From positions 2,400,001-2,464,000 of the forward strand of contig CBDCXM010000009.1 of assembly GCA_965223855.1 (NCBI GenBank): a stretch of 64,000 nt of DNA. The letters are read 5' to 3'. Made by a program: the position numbers and the translations under genes. This DNA comes from Candidatus Multivoradales bacterium. GTDB lineage: Bacteria > Acidobacteriota > Thermoanaerobaculia > Multivoradales > JAHEKO01. The notes under the pieces were generated by a model. It saw nothing but the letters and a program-made list of their open reading frames with translations, was not told the origin of the DNA and ran no database searches. This document shows positions 1-8,364 of this stretch, piece after piece (position 1 is the stretch's first letter; each line of letters opens with the position of its first letter).

Positions 1-1
1 C

Positions 2-361
2 TCCTACAACAAGGGGATGCCGATTCTTGCCGCCAGCCAGGCGGACGATGTCGCTCTGGAGTTCGCGAACCTGAAGCACGGCCTGCTCACCTACGCTCTG
101 ATCCGCGAGGGTCTCGAGGGTGCCCTTGCCGATCGCCGTCCGCGAGATCGTTCGATCTCACTCGCCGAGTGGCTCTCCTGGGGTGTCGAGCGTGTGCCGA
201 GCCTCGCCGAGGAAGCCCGGCGCGGTGTCGTGGACGTGGCTCGGTGGCGCGGCAGCGAGCTGGTTTCCGGCAGGAGGCCGGTGGTGGCCCAGCAGCCGGC
301 CTTGTTCGACTTCCGGCGGCGCCGCGACCCGGTGCCGCTGGCGAGAGCGGGGAACGAGTAG
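2..361 (+). CDS. Caspase-like (peptidase C14) domain protein, C-terminal part (5' partial)
   Basis: Frame is open from the window edge (SYNKGMPILAASQADDVALE...HGLLTYAL...ISLAEWL...QQP). This matches the C-terminal subdomain pattern of bacterial caspase-like proteins; the catalytic dyad lies outside the window. Confidence 0.7.
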   Translation, partial: SYNKGMPILAASQADDVALEFANLKHGLLTYALIREGLEGALADRRPRDRSISLAEWLSWGVERVPSLAEEARRGVVDVARWRGSELVSGRRPVVAQQPALFDFRRRRDPVPLARAGNE

Positions 362-459
362 ACCTGCCGACGGTTGGCACGACCCGTCGATACCGGCGAG
401 GGCGCGGCTCTGTAACGGTTCCGCGGCGTCGGGCGCCGATCTCGAGGAAGGAGAAGCGC

Positions 460-531
460 ATGATCGAAACCACGGACCAACGTCCGCCCCTAGAGTCTGT
501 CCGGCCGTTCCTCCTCGGGCGGTTGGGGTAG
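460..531 (+). CDS. Possible 23-aa small ORF (MIETTDQRPPLESVRPFLLGRLG)
   Basis: Strong SD-like GAGGAAGGAG a few nt upstream of ATG 460; no homology recognised. Confidence 0.25.
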   Translation: MIETTDQRPPLESVRPFLLGRLG

Positions 532-563
532 CGTGCTGGTGTGATGGCTGACGGAGAAAAACG

Positions 564-1343
564 GTGACCGGCCCGGTACCCCTGACCCCCATCGTGCCCC
601 CCGACTGGGTCGGCGCTTCCGGGGCGGTGACGAGTGACGACAAGGACTACGCGACCCTCAAGGGGGTCACCGCTCCAGACTCGATCATGAGCCAGGAGAC
701 TCGCGACCTGCTGGGCAACGAGTTCGATCAGCAGATCGCCGGCTCGGGCGGGATCGAATCGATCGTGGCGCGAGAGACGATCGACGGCAACCTGACCGTG
801 CAGATCAGTGGCCGCGTGCAGCCCGGCACCCTGGCGCGAACCAAGAAGGCCGCGGGCCCCGACAAGCCTCTGGCACCGAGTTTCAACAACAAGACCGGTT
901 CGCTCTTCAAGGCCGACGAGCTCGGAGGCCTGTCGGCCGACGACTGGGAGCGCGCGCATCTGTGGGGCCCCGGCTTCGGCGACGAGGCGGCGGCGGGTCT
1001 TTGGTACGCCAGTGAGGAGGTCAATCAGGACCTTCAGAACAAGGTCGTCGAGGGCTTCATCCGCACGCTGGCCGAGCAGGCGGAAGAGAACGGCGGCCAT
1101 GTCGACGTGACGGTCACCGGGGAGCGCTTCGACAGTGACGAGCTGCCATCCGAGCACAGCCGCGGCGAGTTCCTAAAGGCGATCCGCTACGACGTCACCC
1201 TGGTCGACGGCGACGGCAACCAGACGCCGCTCTATGCGGAGTTCGAGCTCAACCCGCCTCCCGACGGCAGTGCCAGCCACTTCGGATGCGATCAGCAGAC
1301 CGCGGTGATCATGGACGACCTGTCCAGGCAGTTCGACGACTAG
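564..1343 (+). CDS. Polymorphic-toxin-type nuclease domain protein (Ntox4-like)
   Basis: GTG start with GGAG SD. Motif WERAHLWGPGFGDEAAAGLWYASEEVNQDLQN resembles the RAHLWGPGFGDE...VN signature of 'polymorphic toxin type 4' / His-Me-like nuclease domains. Confidence 0.6.
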   Translation: MTGPVPLTPIVPPDWVGASGAVTSDDKDYATLKGVTAPDSIMSQETRDLLGNEFDQQIAGSGGIESIVARETIDGNLTVQISGRVQPGTLARTKKAAGPDKPLAPSFNNKTGSLFKADELGGLSADDWERAHLWGPGFGDEAAAGLWYASEEVNQDLQNKVVEGFIRTLAEQAEENGGHVDVTVTGERFDSDELPSEHSRGEFLKAIRYDVTLVDGDGNQTPLYAEFELNPPPDGSASHFGCDQQTAVIMDDLSRQFDD

Positions 1344-1382
1344 CGCCGCGGGCCGCAGTCGCTCCGAGTGTCCTCGTCGGGC

Positions 1383-2030
1383 TCAGGAGCCCCGTCCGGA
1401 GGAGTCCGCCCGATCCCGGGACCGCCGGTAGTAGGCACGAGACTTGGCACGGCTCCCGCAGTCGGCCATGTCGCACCAGCGCCGGCCCCGGTTCTTGGAG
1501 GTGTCGAAGAACATCCACGAGCAGGTCGGACAGAAGCCGATCCGGCGACGTACCTCGGTGGGAGCGGTGAGCAGCTCGCCGGCGTCGAAGAGGACCGGGT
1601 GGACGAGCTCTTCGAGCGTCTTCGGAGGGCGCCACCTCCACCGCAGAGAGCGGTGGTCGATCCGCCGATAGTCGGCCGCTTCTCGAACGCGGCTCTCCAA
1701 CGCCGCCACGGCCTCGGCCGAGGGGCTTCTGCCCTTCGCGAGTGGTTCGAGCGCGGCGGCGATATCGGATCGCGCCTGGTGAACCAGGGCGAGGAGGCGC
1801 CGGCTGCGGGCTTCGCCGGCGAACTCCGCTGCGAGCCTCGCAGCCGTGGCGTCGTCGAGGAGGCCTGCGAGCTGATTCCATCGCAGCCAGTTTCCGGGCG
1901 AGTCCATCCAATCGTGTTCACGGGCCCCGCCGGGCCAGCTCACCGTGTTCACGAAATCGAGACTCGGTCGACCTCCCACCAGCTTGTAGCGGCCTCCTGA
2001 GGAGCCGGCGTCCAGATGCGGCTCGGTCAT
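1383..2030 (-). CDS. ABATE + CGNR zinc-finger putative transcriptional regulator
   Basis: N-terminal GGRPSLDFVNT; C-terminal CPTCSWMFFDTSKNRGRRWCDMADCGSRAK. Confidence 0.92.
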   Translation of the reverse strand: MTEPHLDAGSSGGRYKLVGGRPSLDFVNTVSWPGGAREHDWMDSPGNWLRWNQLAGLLDDATAARLAAEFAGEARSRRLLALVHQARSDIAAALEPLAKGRSPSAEAVAALESRVREAADYRRIDHRSLRWRWRPPKTLEELVHPVLFDAGELLTAPTEVRRRIGFCPTCSWMFFDTSKNRGRRWCDMADCGSRAKSRAYYRRSRDRADSSGRGS

Positions 2031-2039
2031 GGCCCGATC

Positions 2040-2100
2040 TTACCTCCTAAGTGATCTTGACTGGTGCGATACTAACCATCATAATGGGTTTGAACGGTAA
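2040..2100. promoter_or_regulatory. Two tandem imperfect palindromes ACC-N18-GGT, candidate operator
   Basis: TTACC-N18-GGTGC (2040-2067) and TAACC-N18-GGTAA (2073-2100), both with TTGAnnGGT in the right arm; they overlap the -35 and -10 boxes. Confidence 0.5.
2057..2085 (+). promoter_or_regulatory. Sigma70-type promoter for the serine hydrolase gene
   Basis: TTGACT (2057-2062), 17-nt spacer, CATAAT (2080-2085), within an AT-rich divergent intergenic region. Confidence 0.7.
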
Positions 2101-2116
2101 GAATTGGAGGTCAGAC

Positions 2117-4177
2117 ATGAGCCCTATCTGGAGCAGGAAGCTTCGAACACTGGTTCCCGCAGTGGCGGTTGGAGCGCTGCTGACGACGCCTGCTGTGGCC
2201 AACAACGGCGCTGTCGCCCTCGCGCGCCCGGTCCGGAGTGTCGTGATCGACGGCGACCTGGCGGATTGGGACGGCACCCACCGCGTCTACCCGATCGAGC
2301 GGGTCGGTGGGGAAGACGCCGTCGGTCCCCCCGATGCCGCCGCTTCCTTTCGGGTCGCCTACAACGCAGAAGAGGGTGCGCTCTATGTCGGCCTGGAGGT
2401 GGAGGATGACTCCTACGTCCCGTCGAGTGCCCTCGGTGTCGAGGACTGGACGGGGAGGGATGGGCACCTGCTCTACGTCGACCGCGAGCACCGGCCGCGG
2501 GGTTCCGGGAACGTGCTCTACCTCCTGAGCGAGCGGCAGCGGGACCTCGTCGCTGCGCAGGCCGGGTGGGACCCCGCAAACGGCGGCGGAAGCTGGGAGA
2601 TAGTGGAGGCGTCTGTGGGCCGGAAGGGTACGAGGACCGTCTTCGAATGGAGGCTGTTGCTCGGGGGCGACATCGCCGCCGGACGCACCATCGGCCTCGA
2701 CCACATCGTGGTCGATCGCGACGCCGATGAGGAGGAGGCCACGTTGCTGGTCTGGGGCGAGGGCTTCGGCAAGAGCTCCAACTCCTACCGGCTTGGCGAC
2801 GTGGTCCTGCTGGGCGCGGGGCAGGAGGTAGGAGAACTCACCGGCTCGGTGGAGTGGGCCGTGGCGTCCGACCGCCCCCTGCCTTCGCACGTCCGAGTTA
2901 CCCGCATCGACGAGCCGGCCTTGTGGGTGCAGGTCGATGTCGGGTCGGACGGCCGGTACCGCGCCGAGCTGCCTGCCGGGCGCTATCGCGTCTCGCCGGC
3001 CTTCTCGCTGAGCGAGCCGTTCCGGGTCGACTTCGGCAACCTTCCCCTGCGCATCGATCAGAGCTTCGCCATCGAGGCCGAGGTCGAGGCGAACAGAGCG
3101 AATGAGGCTCCGCCTCTCGCCTTTCGCACGTTCGAGCGTCCGGACTTCCTTTTCTCCGAGCATCCCCTCCTGCCCGGTCTCGAGCCGGACGATCTGGTGG
3201 CGCTCGACACGTTCATCGATGCCTTCCGCCGGTACTACGACATCCCGGGTGTCTCGGTCGCCGTGGTCCACCACGGCGAGCGGGTCTATCACCGCACCTT
3301 CGGAGTCAGGAATTCACTGACCGGAGCCAGGATCGAGAGCGACACGCTGTTCGAGGGGGCCTCCATCACCAAGGCGATGTTCGCGATGGCCGTGTTGCGA
3401 CAGGTCGAGCGCGAGCTGCTGGATCTCGACCGACCGCTGGTCGAGTATCTGCCGTTCGAGCTGATCGCCGGCGACCCGCGCTCCGCCGGCCTGACGGCTC
3501 GTCACGTGCTGACCCATCACTCCGGCCTGCCGAACTGGGCGTGGGGCGGGCCGGGAGGCTGGCGCGACGGCACTCCGATCGACCTGCTGTTCGCTCCGGG
3601 CAGCGAGTACCACTACTCCGGCGAGGCCTTCAACTACCTCGGTCGGGTGCTCGAGGCGATCACCGGCTCGGACCTGGAGTCGCTACTGACCGCAGAGGTG
3701 TCGAGACCGATGGGACTCGAGAACAGCTTCTACGCCCTCGATGACGCTCGCGCCACGGAGGCCTCGTTGGGCCATTTTTCGCATCATCCGGTTTGGCGGC
3801 GGCGGGCCTCCGAGGTGAGCCCGGCCTCGAGTCTCCATAGCGAAGCGGGCGACTTCGCCAACTTTCTCCTCGGGCTCGTCGAGGGCCGGGGCCTCGGGCC
3901 GGAAATGTTCGAGGCCATGCTCAGGCCTGCTGCGGCTGTTCCCGACGACTGGCGCGTCTATCCGGATGCCTGGCCGCAGTCGATCGGTCTGGGGGTGTTC
4001 CTCAGAGAGACCCCCTACGGCCTCCTTGTCGAGCATGGCGGCAACAACGACGACTTCGACAGCAAGTTCGCGGTCGTGCCGGAGGCCGGCTTCGGCTACG
4101 TCGTCTTCACGAACAGCAACGTGGGCGATGAGCTGATCCGCGCTCTCGAGCTCTACCTGCTCCACGGGAAAAGCTAG
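2117..4177 (+). CDS. Secreted serine hydrolase (beta-lactamase/peptidase S12 family) with N-terminal CBM9/DOMON-like domain
   Basis: GGAGG SD before ATG 2117; signal peptide; IDGDLADW...LYVGLEVEDD (CBM9-like); SxxK in GASITK, LTHHSG, YHYSG and HGG motifs. Confidence 0.85.
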   Translation: MSPIWSRKLRTLVPAVAVGALLTTPAVANNGAVALARPVRSVVIDGDLADWDGTHRVYPIERVGGEDAVGPPDAAASFRVAYNAEEGALYVGLEVEDDSYVPSSALGVEDWTGRDGHLLYVDREHRPRGSGNVLYLLSERQRDLVAAQAGWDPANGGGSWEIVEASVGRKGTRTVFEWRLLLGGDIAAGRTIGLDHIVVDRDADEEEATLLVWGEGFGKSSNSYRLGDVVLLGAGQEVGELTGSVEWAVASDRPLPSHVRVTRIDEPALWVQVDVGSDGRYRAELPAGRYRVSPAFSLSEPFRVDFGNLPLRIDQSFAIEAEVEANRANEAPPLAFRTFERPDFLFSEHPLLPGLEPDDLVALDTFIDAFRRYYDIPGVSVAVVHHGERVYHRTFGVRNSLTGARIESDTLFEGASITKAMFAMAVLRQVERELLDLDRPLVEYLPFELIAGDPRSAGLTARHVLTHHSGLPNWAWGGPGGWRDGTPIDLLFAPGSEYHYSGEAFNYLGRVLEAITGSDLESLLTAEVSRPMGLENSFYALDDARATEASLGHFSHHPVWRRRASEVSPASSLHSEAGDFANFLLGLVEGRGLGPEMFEAMLRPAAAVPDDWRVYPDAWPQSIGLGVFLRETPYGLLVEHGGNNDDFDSKFAVVPEAGFGYVVFTNSNVGDELIRALELYLLHGKS

Positions 4178-4536
4178 TGGAGACACTGCGCTGGCTATTG
4201 TTCGAGGAGGCGTCGATCCGCTACGTGGCACGCCTGCACGAGGGGCGAGTGGAGACGGCCTCCAGGCCGGAGCGGAGCGGCGCCAGCAGCGCCGAGTCGG
4301 ACAAGTACGAAGAGCTCATCGTCAACCCGACGCTCATGACGCTGCTGCGTCAGAGGGGCGAGATCGACTGCGGTGGCCTCGACTTCGTCGTCATCCGCTA
4401 CGGCAGCTTCTTCCAGTTGGTGATGCCGACGGAGTCCGGCCACGTCTCGGTCGCGGTGGAGAGCGACGGCGATCCCCTGACGATCGCGGAGCTGGTCAGG
4501 ACGGCGATCGGGCGCTCTAGATCCCGGCGACCTTGA
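4177..4536 (+). CDS. Hypothetical protein (possibly roadblock/profilin-like fold)
   Basis: GTG overlaps the upstream TAG; globular alpha/beta pattern; fold is a guess. Confidence 0.6.
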   Translation: METLRWLLFEEASIRYVARLHEGRVETASRPERSGASSAESDKYEELIVNPTLMTLLRQRGEIDCGGLDFVVIRYGSFFQLVMPTESGHVSVAVESDGDPLTIAELVRTAIGRSRSRRP

Positions 4537-5293
4537 TCGCCGACACCGGTGTCTTCGTCGTCTTCCAGCTCGAGGCGAGGCTGGACCCGCCGTCCCACCA
4601 CTTCAGCAGGTTCCCGCCGGTCGTCTCGTCGGCGTCCGCGGACACGACCCACCATTGGTTCGTCACGCCGCCGAGGCCGAGGTTGAGGCCGGTTCCCTGC
4701 GGTGAGGTCAGGCGGATCTTGTTGCCCTCAGTGTTGTCGATGAAGCCCGCGGCGCCGTCTTCGTCGAGGAAGACGACGTCGTTGTAGATCTGGACGTAGA
4801 TCTCCTCAGCCTTCGCCAGGTGACCGTTGAGGACGACCTCCCAGCTCTTGCCCTCGTCGCTGCTCGCCTTGATGACGTTGCCGCCGTCGACGATCTCGTC
4901 GGTCAGGATGTAGATCGGGTAGCTGCCGAGTGCGGCGACTCGAAGGGCCGTCCCGGCGAGGCCGATCTGGCTGTGATGGCCCTGGTTGTCGGCGAGGTGG
5001 AGCGACTGATCGGGCGCCAGGTAGGCACAACCGCCGGCGCGGCGACCCACCACCTGCTCGGCGCCGAGACTCGGATCGAGGCTCACCCAGTGGGATTTGT
5101 TGCTCGGGAAGCCCGAAAGGTACTTGATGACGTTGCCGTCGGGGCCCGATTCGGTGCTCACGACCCACACCGTGCCGTCCTGCGCGCAGTTGAGATCGAG
5201 GGCAAAACCGGTGTCCGAGACCGGCTGTACATTTCCGTCGGAATCGAGCCAGAAGACCTGCTGATCCTGGTTGATGGCGAAGGCTACGTTCAT
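4517..5293 (-). CDS. Tectonin-like beta-propeller repeat protein, no signal peptide
   Basis: Three ~85-aa repeats (WVVSTESGPDGNVIK / IYILTDEIVDGGNVIK / WVVSADADETTGGNLLK); AAGGGGG SD. Confidence 0.65.
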   Translation of the reverse strand: MNVAFAINQDQQVFWLDSDGNVQPVSDTGFALDLNCAQDGTVWVVSTESGPDGNVIKYLSGFPSNKSHWVSLDPSLGAEQVVGRRAGGCAYLAPDQSLHLADNQGHHSQIGLAGTALRVAALGSYPIYILTDEIVDGGNVIKASSDEGKSWEVVLNGHLAKAEEIYVQIYNDVVFLDEDGAAGFIDNTEGNKIRLTSPQGTGLNLGLGGVTNQWWVVSADADETTGGNLLKWWDGGSSLASSWKTTKTPVSAIKVAGI

Positions 5294-5373
5294 GGCGATC
5301 CCCCTTCTCTCAGTGTTCCCTTAGTCTAGCCGCGCTGATCCCGATATCGGTGGACTTCAAGTAGGGTGGCGGG

Positions 5374-5748
5374 ATGACCGACCCGCAGCATCCCGATGTC
5401 TACCTCGCGGCCCTTCCCGAGGACTGGCGCGCGCGGACTCTCCTCGAGCTGCGTTCTATCGTGCTCGAAGCCGGGCCCGACCTCGCCGAGGGGATCGAGT
5501 ACGGCATGCTCGCCTACGCGCTGGGAGAAAGGCGGGTGTTTCATCTCCACGCCCAGAGCGGCTATGTCAGTCTGTACGTCGGCGACATCGCCAAGGTCGA
5601 TCCCGGCGGGAAGCTGCTGGCCGGCCTCGACCTCGGCAAGGGGTGCATCCGTTTCCGGAAGAGCAACCCGGTCGCGGAGACCGGGGTCGCCCCGTTCGTC
5701 GAGGCAACGCTGAGGCGCGCTCGCGCCGGGCTGGACATCGACTGCTAA
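5374..5748 (+). CDS. DUF1801/YdhG-like protein
   Basis: YLAALP...LRSIV...EGIEYGMLAY...YVSLY...GKGCIRF pattern. Confidence 0.85.
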   Translation: MTDPQHPDVYLAALPEDWRARTLLELRSIVLEAGPDLAEGIEYGMLAYALGERRVFHLHAQSGYVSLYVGDIAKVDPGGKLLAGLDLGKGCIRFRKSNPVAETGVAPFVEATLRRARAGLDIDC

Positions 5749-5964
5749 AAGGCGAAGGAGTGCCGGGAAGGCGCCTCGGAATCGCAGTTTTCTCAATCCA
5801 AGCCCCGCGCGTAGGCCCCGGAGGAAACCCTGGAGCCGAAGTTTGAGTATCCTTCCCAGGGGCAGTCACCCTGCCGAGACGGCGCCGACCGCCCTTCCTA
5901 GACCCTGTCCGCACCCACGACCCCGGTCCACATAGATCACCCCGCACTCACGGAGACCGTCCGC

Positions 5965-6504
5965 ATGCACAGAAAGTTCGCAACCCTCGCCCTCGCCCCG
6001 GCAGTTGCCGTCCTCGTACTTGCTGGAGGCAGCGCGCCTCTCGGCGCGCAGGCGGCGACCATCAACATCGCCGTCGTCGACCTGGATCTCGTGGTCGCCC
6101 GATCGGCAGCCGGCAAGGCGCTTCAGGCTCGCCTGGAAGCCTTCGAGCAGGAGGTGCGCGGTGAAGTCGACAGGCTGAACCAGGAGGCCCAGGCCATTCG
6201 CCAACGGGTCGCCGAGGGGGCTCAGTCGCTGAGCGAGGAGCAGCTCGGTGAGCTCCAGAAGGACTACGAGGACAAGCTCCTCGCGCTAAGAAGGCTGCGC
6301 GACGACAAGCAGCGCGAAGGGCAGAAGATCAGGGACGAGAGCCTGCGGCAGATCGAGAAGGACCTGGAACCCATCTTCGCGCAGGTGCGCGACGAAGGGG
6401 CCTACGACCTGATTCTCAACAACGTGCCGGGCGTGGTCGTGATGGCCGGACCGCGGGTGGACATCAGCGAGCTGATTCTCCAGCGGTTCGACGCGGCGCA
6501 GTAG
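5965..6504 (+). CDS. skp: OmpH/Skp periplasmic chaperone
   Basis: Signal peptide, IAVVD...SAAGK, long coiled coil, GAYDLIL...VDISELI. Confidence 0.88.
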   Translation: MHRKFATLALAPAVAVLVLAGGSAPLGAQAATINIAVVDLDLVVARSAAGKALQARLEAFEQEVRGEVDRLNQEAQAIRQRVAEGAQSLSEEQLGELQKDYEDKLLALRRLRDDKQREGQKIRDESLRQIEKDLEPIFAQVRDEGAYDLILNNVPGVVVMAGPRVDISELILQRFDAAQ

Positions 6505-6621
6505 CGGTCGGGGGCGAGGTCCGGCTCGCCCCGGCGCTTGCGCGTGGTGGGGCCGGCGAGAGCCCCTGTTCCGGAACTTCGTCGCACGAGCCGTCGATGA
6601 GGGGTGGCAGCGCTGCCCGGG

Positions 6622-7464
6622 TCAGTTCGAGGCGCCGGGGTCGGACACCGACTTCAGGAAGCCTGCGAGCAGCTCGCTGACCTCCTGCGGCCGATCGATC
6701 GTCGAAAGGTGGCCGGCGTGCGGCACGATCTCGAGTCGCGCGCCGGGAATGCCGTCGGCCATCACGCGGGCGCGCGGCACCGGTTGGGCGTGATCGTGCT
6801 CTCCGACGATCACGAGGGTCGGCAGATCGATTTCGCCGAGGCGCCCGGCTACCGAGTCGCGCCGGAAGATCGCGCGGCCGAAGCGGATGAGAGCGTGGCG
6901 GTCGTTGGCCATCATGCGCTCCCTCCACAGCGCCATCTCGTCGTCGCGCTCCGGATCGCGGAGGGTGTCGGGCGAGAACATGATCCGTTGCACGCTCGTC
7001 ATCAGCGGGCCGTAGCCGAGGATCCGGAGGACCTGGAACATGGCGCCGTACTTGAGTCTGCGGGCCGGCGGCTCGAGCTCGGCGGAAGTGGCCATCAGGA
7101 CCAGGCTCCGTAGCAGCTCGGGTCGCTCGAGGGCGATCCGCAGGCCGACGAAGCCGCCGGTCGAGAGGCCGATGAAGTGACACGGCGCGGCGCCGGTGTG
7201 CTCGATGAAGCCGATCGCATCGTCGACCATGTCCCGGAGCTCGTATCGGCTCTCGCCGCCGTCATGCAGCCGACTCCTCCCGTGCTCGCGGTGGTCGTAG
7301 GCGAGCACGCGATAGTCGCGCGAGAGCCGCTCGATCTGGTGGTCGAACTGGCGGTGATCGACCAGATAACTGTGCGAAAGGACGACCGTCTCGTTGCCGT
7401 CGCCGCGCTCGGCATAGGCGAGGTCGACGCCGTCGAGGGAGAGCGTGGAAGGTTGATGGCTCAT
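6622..7464 (-). CDS. Alpha/beta hydrolase (enol-lactonase-like)
   Basis: Nucleophile elbow GLSTGG, YDHREHGRS, PTLVIVGEHD, AGH; start taken at MSHQ. Confidence 0.9.
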   Translation of the reverse strand: MSHQPSTLSLDGVDLAYAERGDGNETVVLSHSYLVDHRQFDHQIERLSRDYRVLAYDHREHGRSRLHDGGESRYELRDMVDDAIGFIEHTGAAPCHFIGLSTGGFVGLRIALERPELLRSLVLMATSAELEPPARRLKYGAMFQVLRILGYGPLMTSVQRIMFSPDTLRDPERDDEMALWRERMMANDRHALIRFGRAIFRRDSVAGRLGEIDLPTLVIVGEHDHAQPVPRARVMADGIPGARLEIVPHAGHLSTIDRPQEVSELLAGFLKSVSDPGASN

Positions 7465-7602
7465 GCGGTTTCCCGGGTGGAGTTCCCTTCGAGGATACCG
7501 CTTCGATGGAGAGCGACAGGAGTCGGTGGAGAAGGAATGTCCTGCGAAGACCTGGAGTTTTCGATTGCGGACCGCTCGATGCGTCCGTGGAGGCATCCCC
7601 CG

Positions 7603-8271
7603 ATGCGACTCGCAGCCTGTCTGACTCTCGCCGCCCTGACTTCTTCAGCCGCCTGGCCGGCCGAGGAGGATCCACACTGGTATCTGGAGGGGCAGTTCGG
7701 CACCGCGGCGCTCGACACCCGGCTCGGCGTCTCGCGCTTCAAGTTCTTCGATGACGACTCCTCGGTGGCCGGCATCGAGGTCGGCTACTCGTTCGGTGAG
7801 CACTTCGCTCTCCAGGGCGGATACCACGACCTGGGGAGCTACCTCGGCGACGGTGCTCTGTGTCCCGACCGCTCCGAGGTTTGCATCGAGCCGCTGGTGC
7901 GCGCCTTCGGCGGCATCTTTATCGACCTCGACGATGCGGCGCTCCAGCGGTGCGCAGACGTCGGCTGCGACTTCGTCGCGGTGGCGCTGACCGCCGAGTC
8001 CACTGCGTGGTCGCTCGCGGCGATGCCGCGCCTGCCGCTCTCCGAGCGGTTGGCCGTGCGCGGCCGGGTCGGCGTCATGGTCTGGGAGACCGAGATCTCC
8101 GCCGGCTTCGGCCTCGGGCGCTTCGACAGCTTCTCGGGTGAGGATCTCGTGGCCGGAGTCGGTCTCGAGATCGGGCTTGTGGATCGACTCGAGGCGATCG
8201 TCGAGTACCGGACGACCGACTTCGATCTCGACCTGGTGACCGGCGGCGTCGTCTGGCGCCTGCCTCGCTAG
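7603..8271 (+). CDS. OmpA-like outer-membrane beta-barrel protein
   Basis: GGAGG SD; signal peptide; WYLEGQFG, VGYSF...ALQGGYHDLG, GVGLEI and a terminal amphipathic strand GVVWRL. Confidence 0.8.
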   Translation: MRLAACLTLAALTSSAAWPAEEDPHWYLEGQFGTAALDTRLGVSRFKFFDDDSSVAGIEVGYSFGEHFALQGGYHDLGSYLGDGALCPDRSEVCIEPLVRAFGGIFIDLDDAALQRCADVGCDFVAVALTAESTAWSLAAMPRLPLSERLAVRGRVGVMVWETEISAGFGLGRFDSFSGEDLVAGVGLEIGLVDRLEAIVEYRTTDFDLDLVTGGVVWRLPR

Positions 8272-8364
8272 GTCGCGCAAACCTCGACCGCTCGTTCGCC
8301 CCTGCTTCGAAGGCGTGGCTTGAAGTGGGCCCGTCGAGGTGCCTCTCCTGATAGAAGAGGCGCG

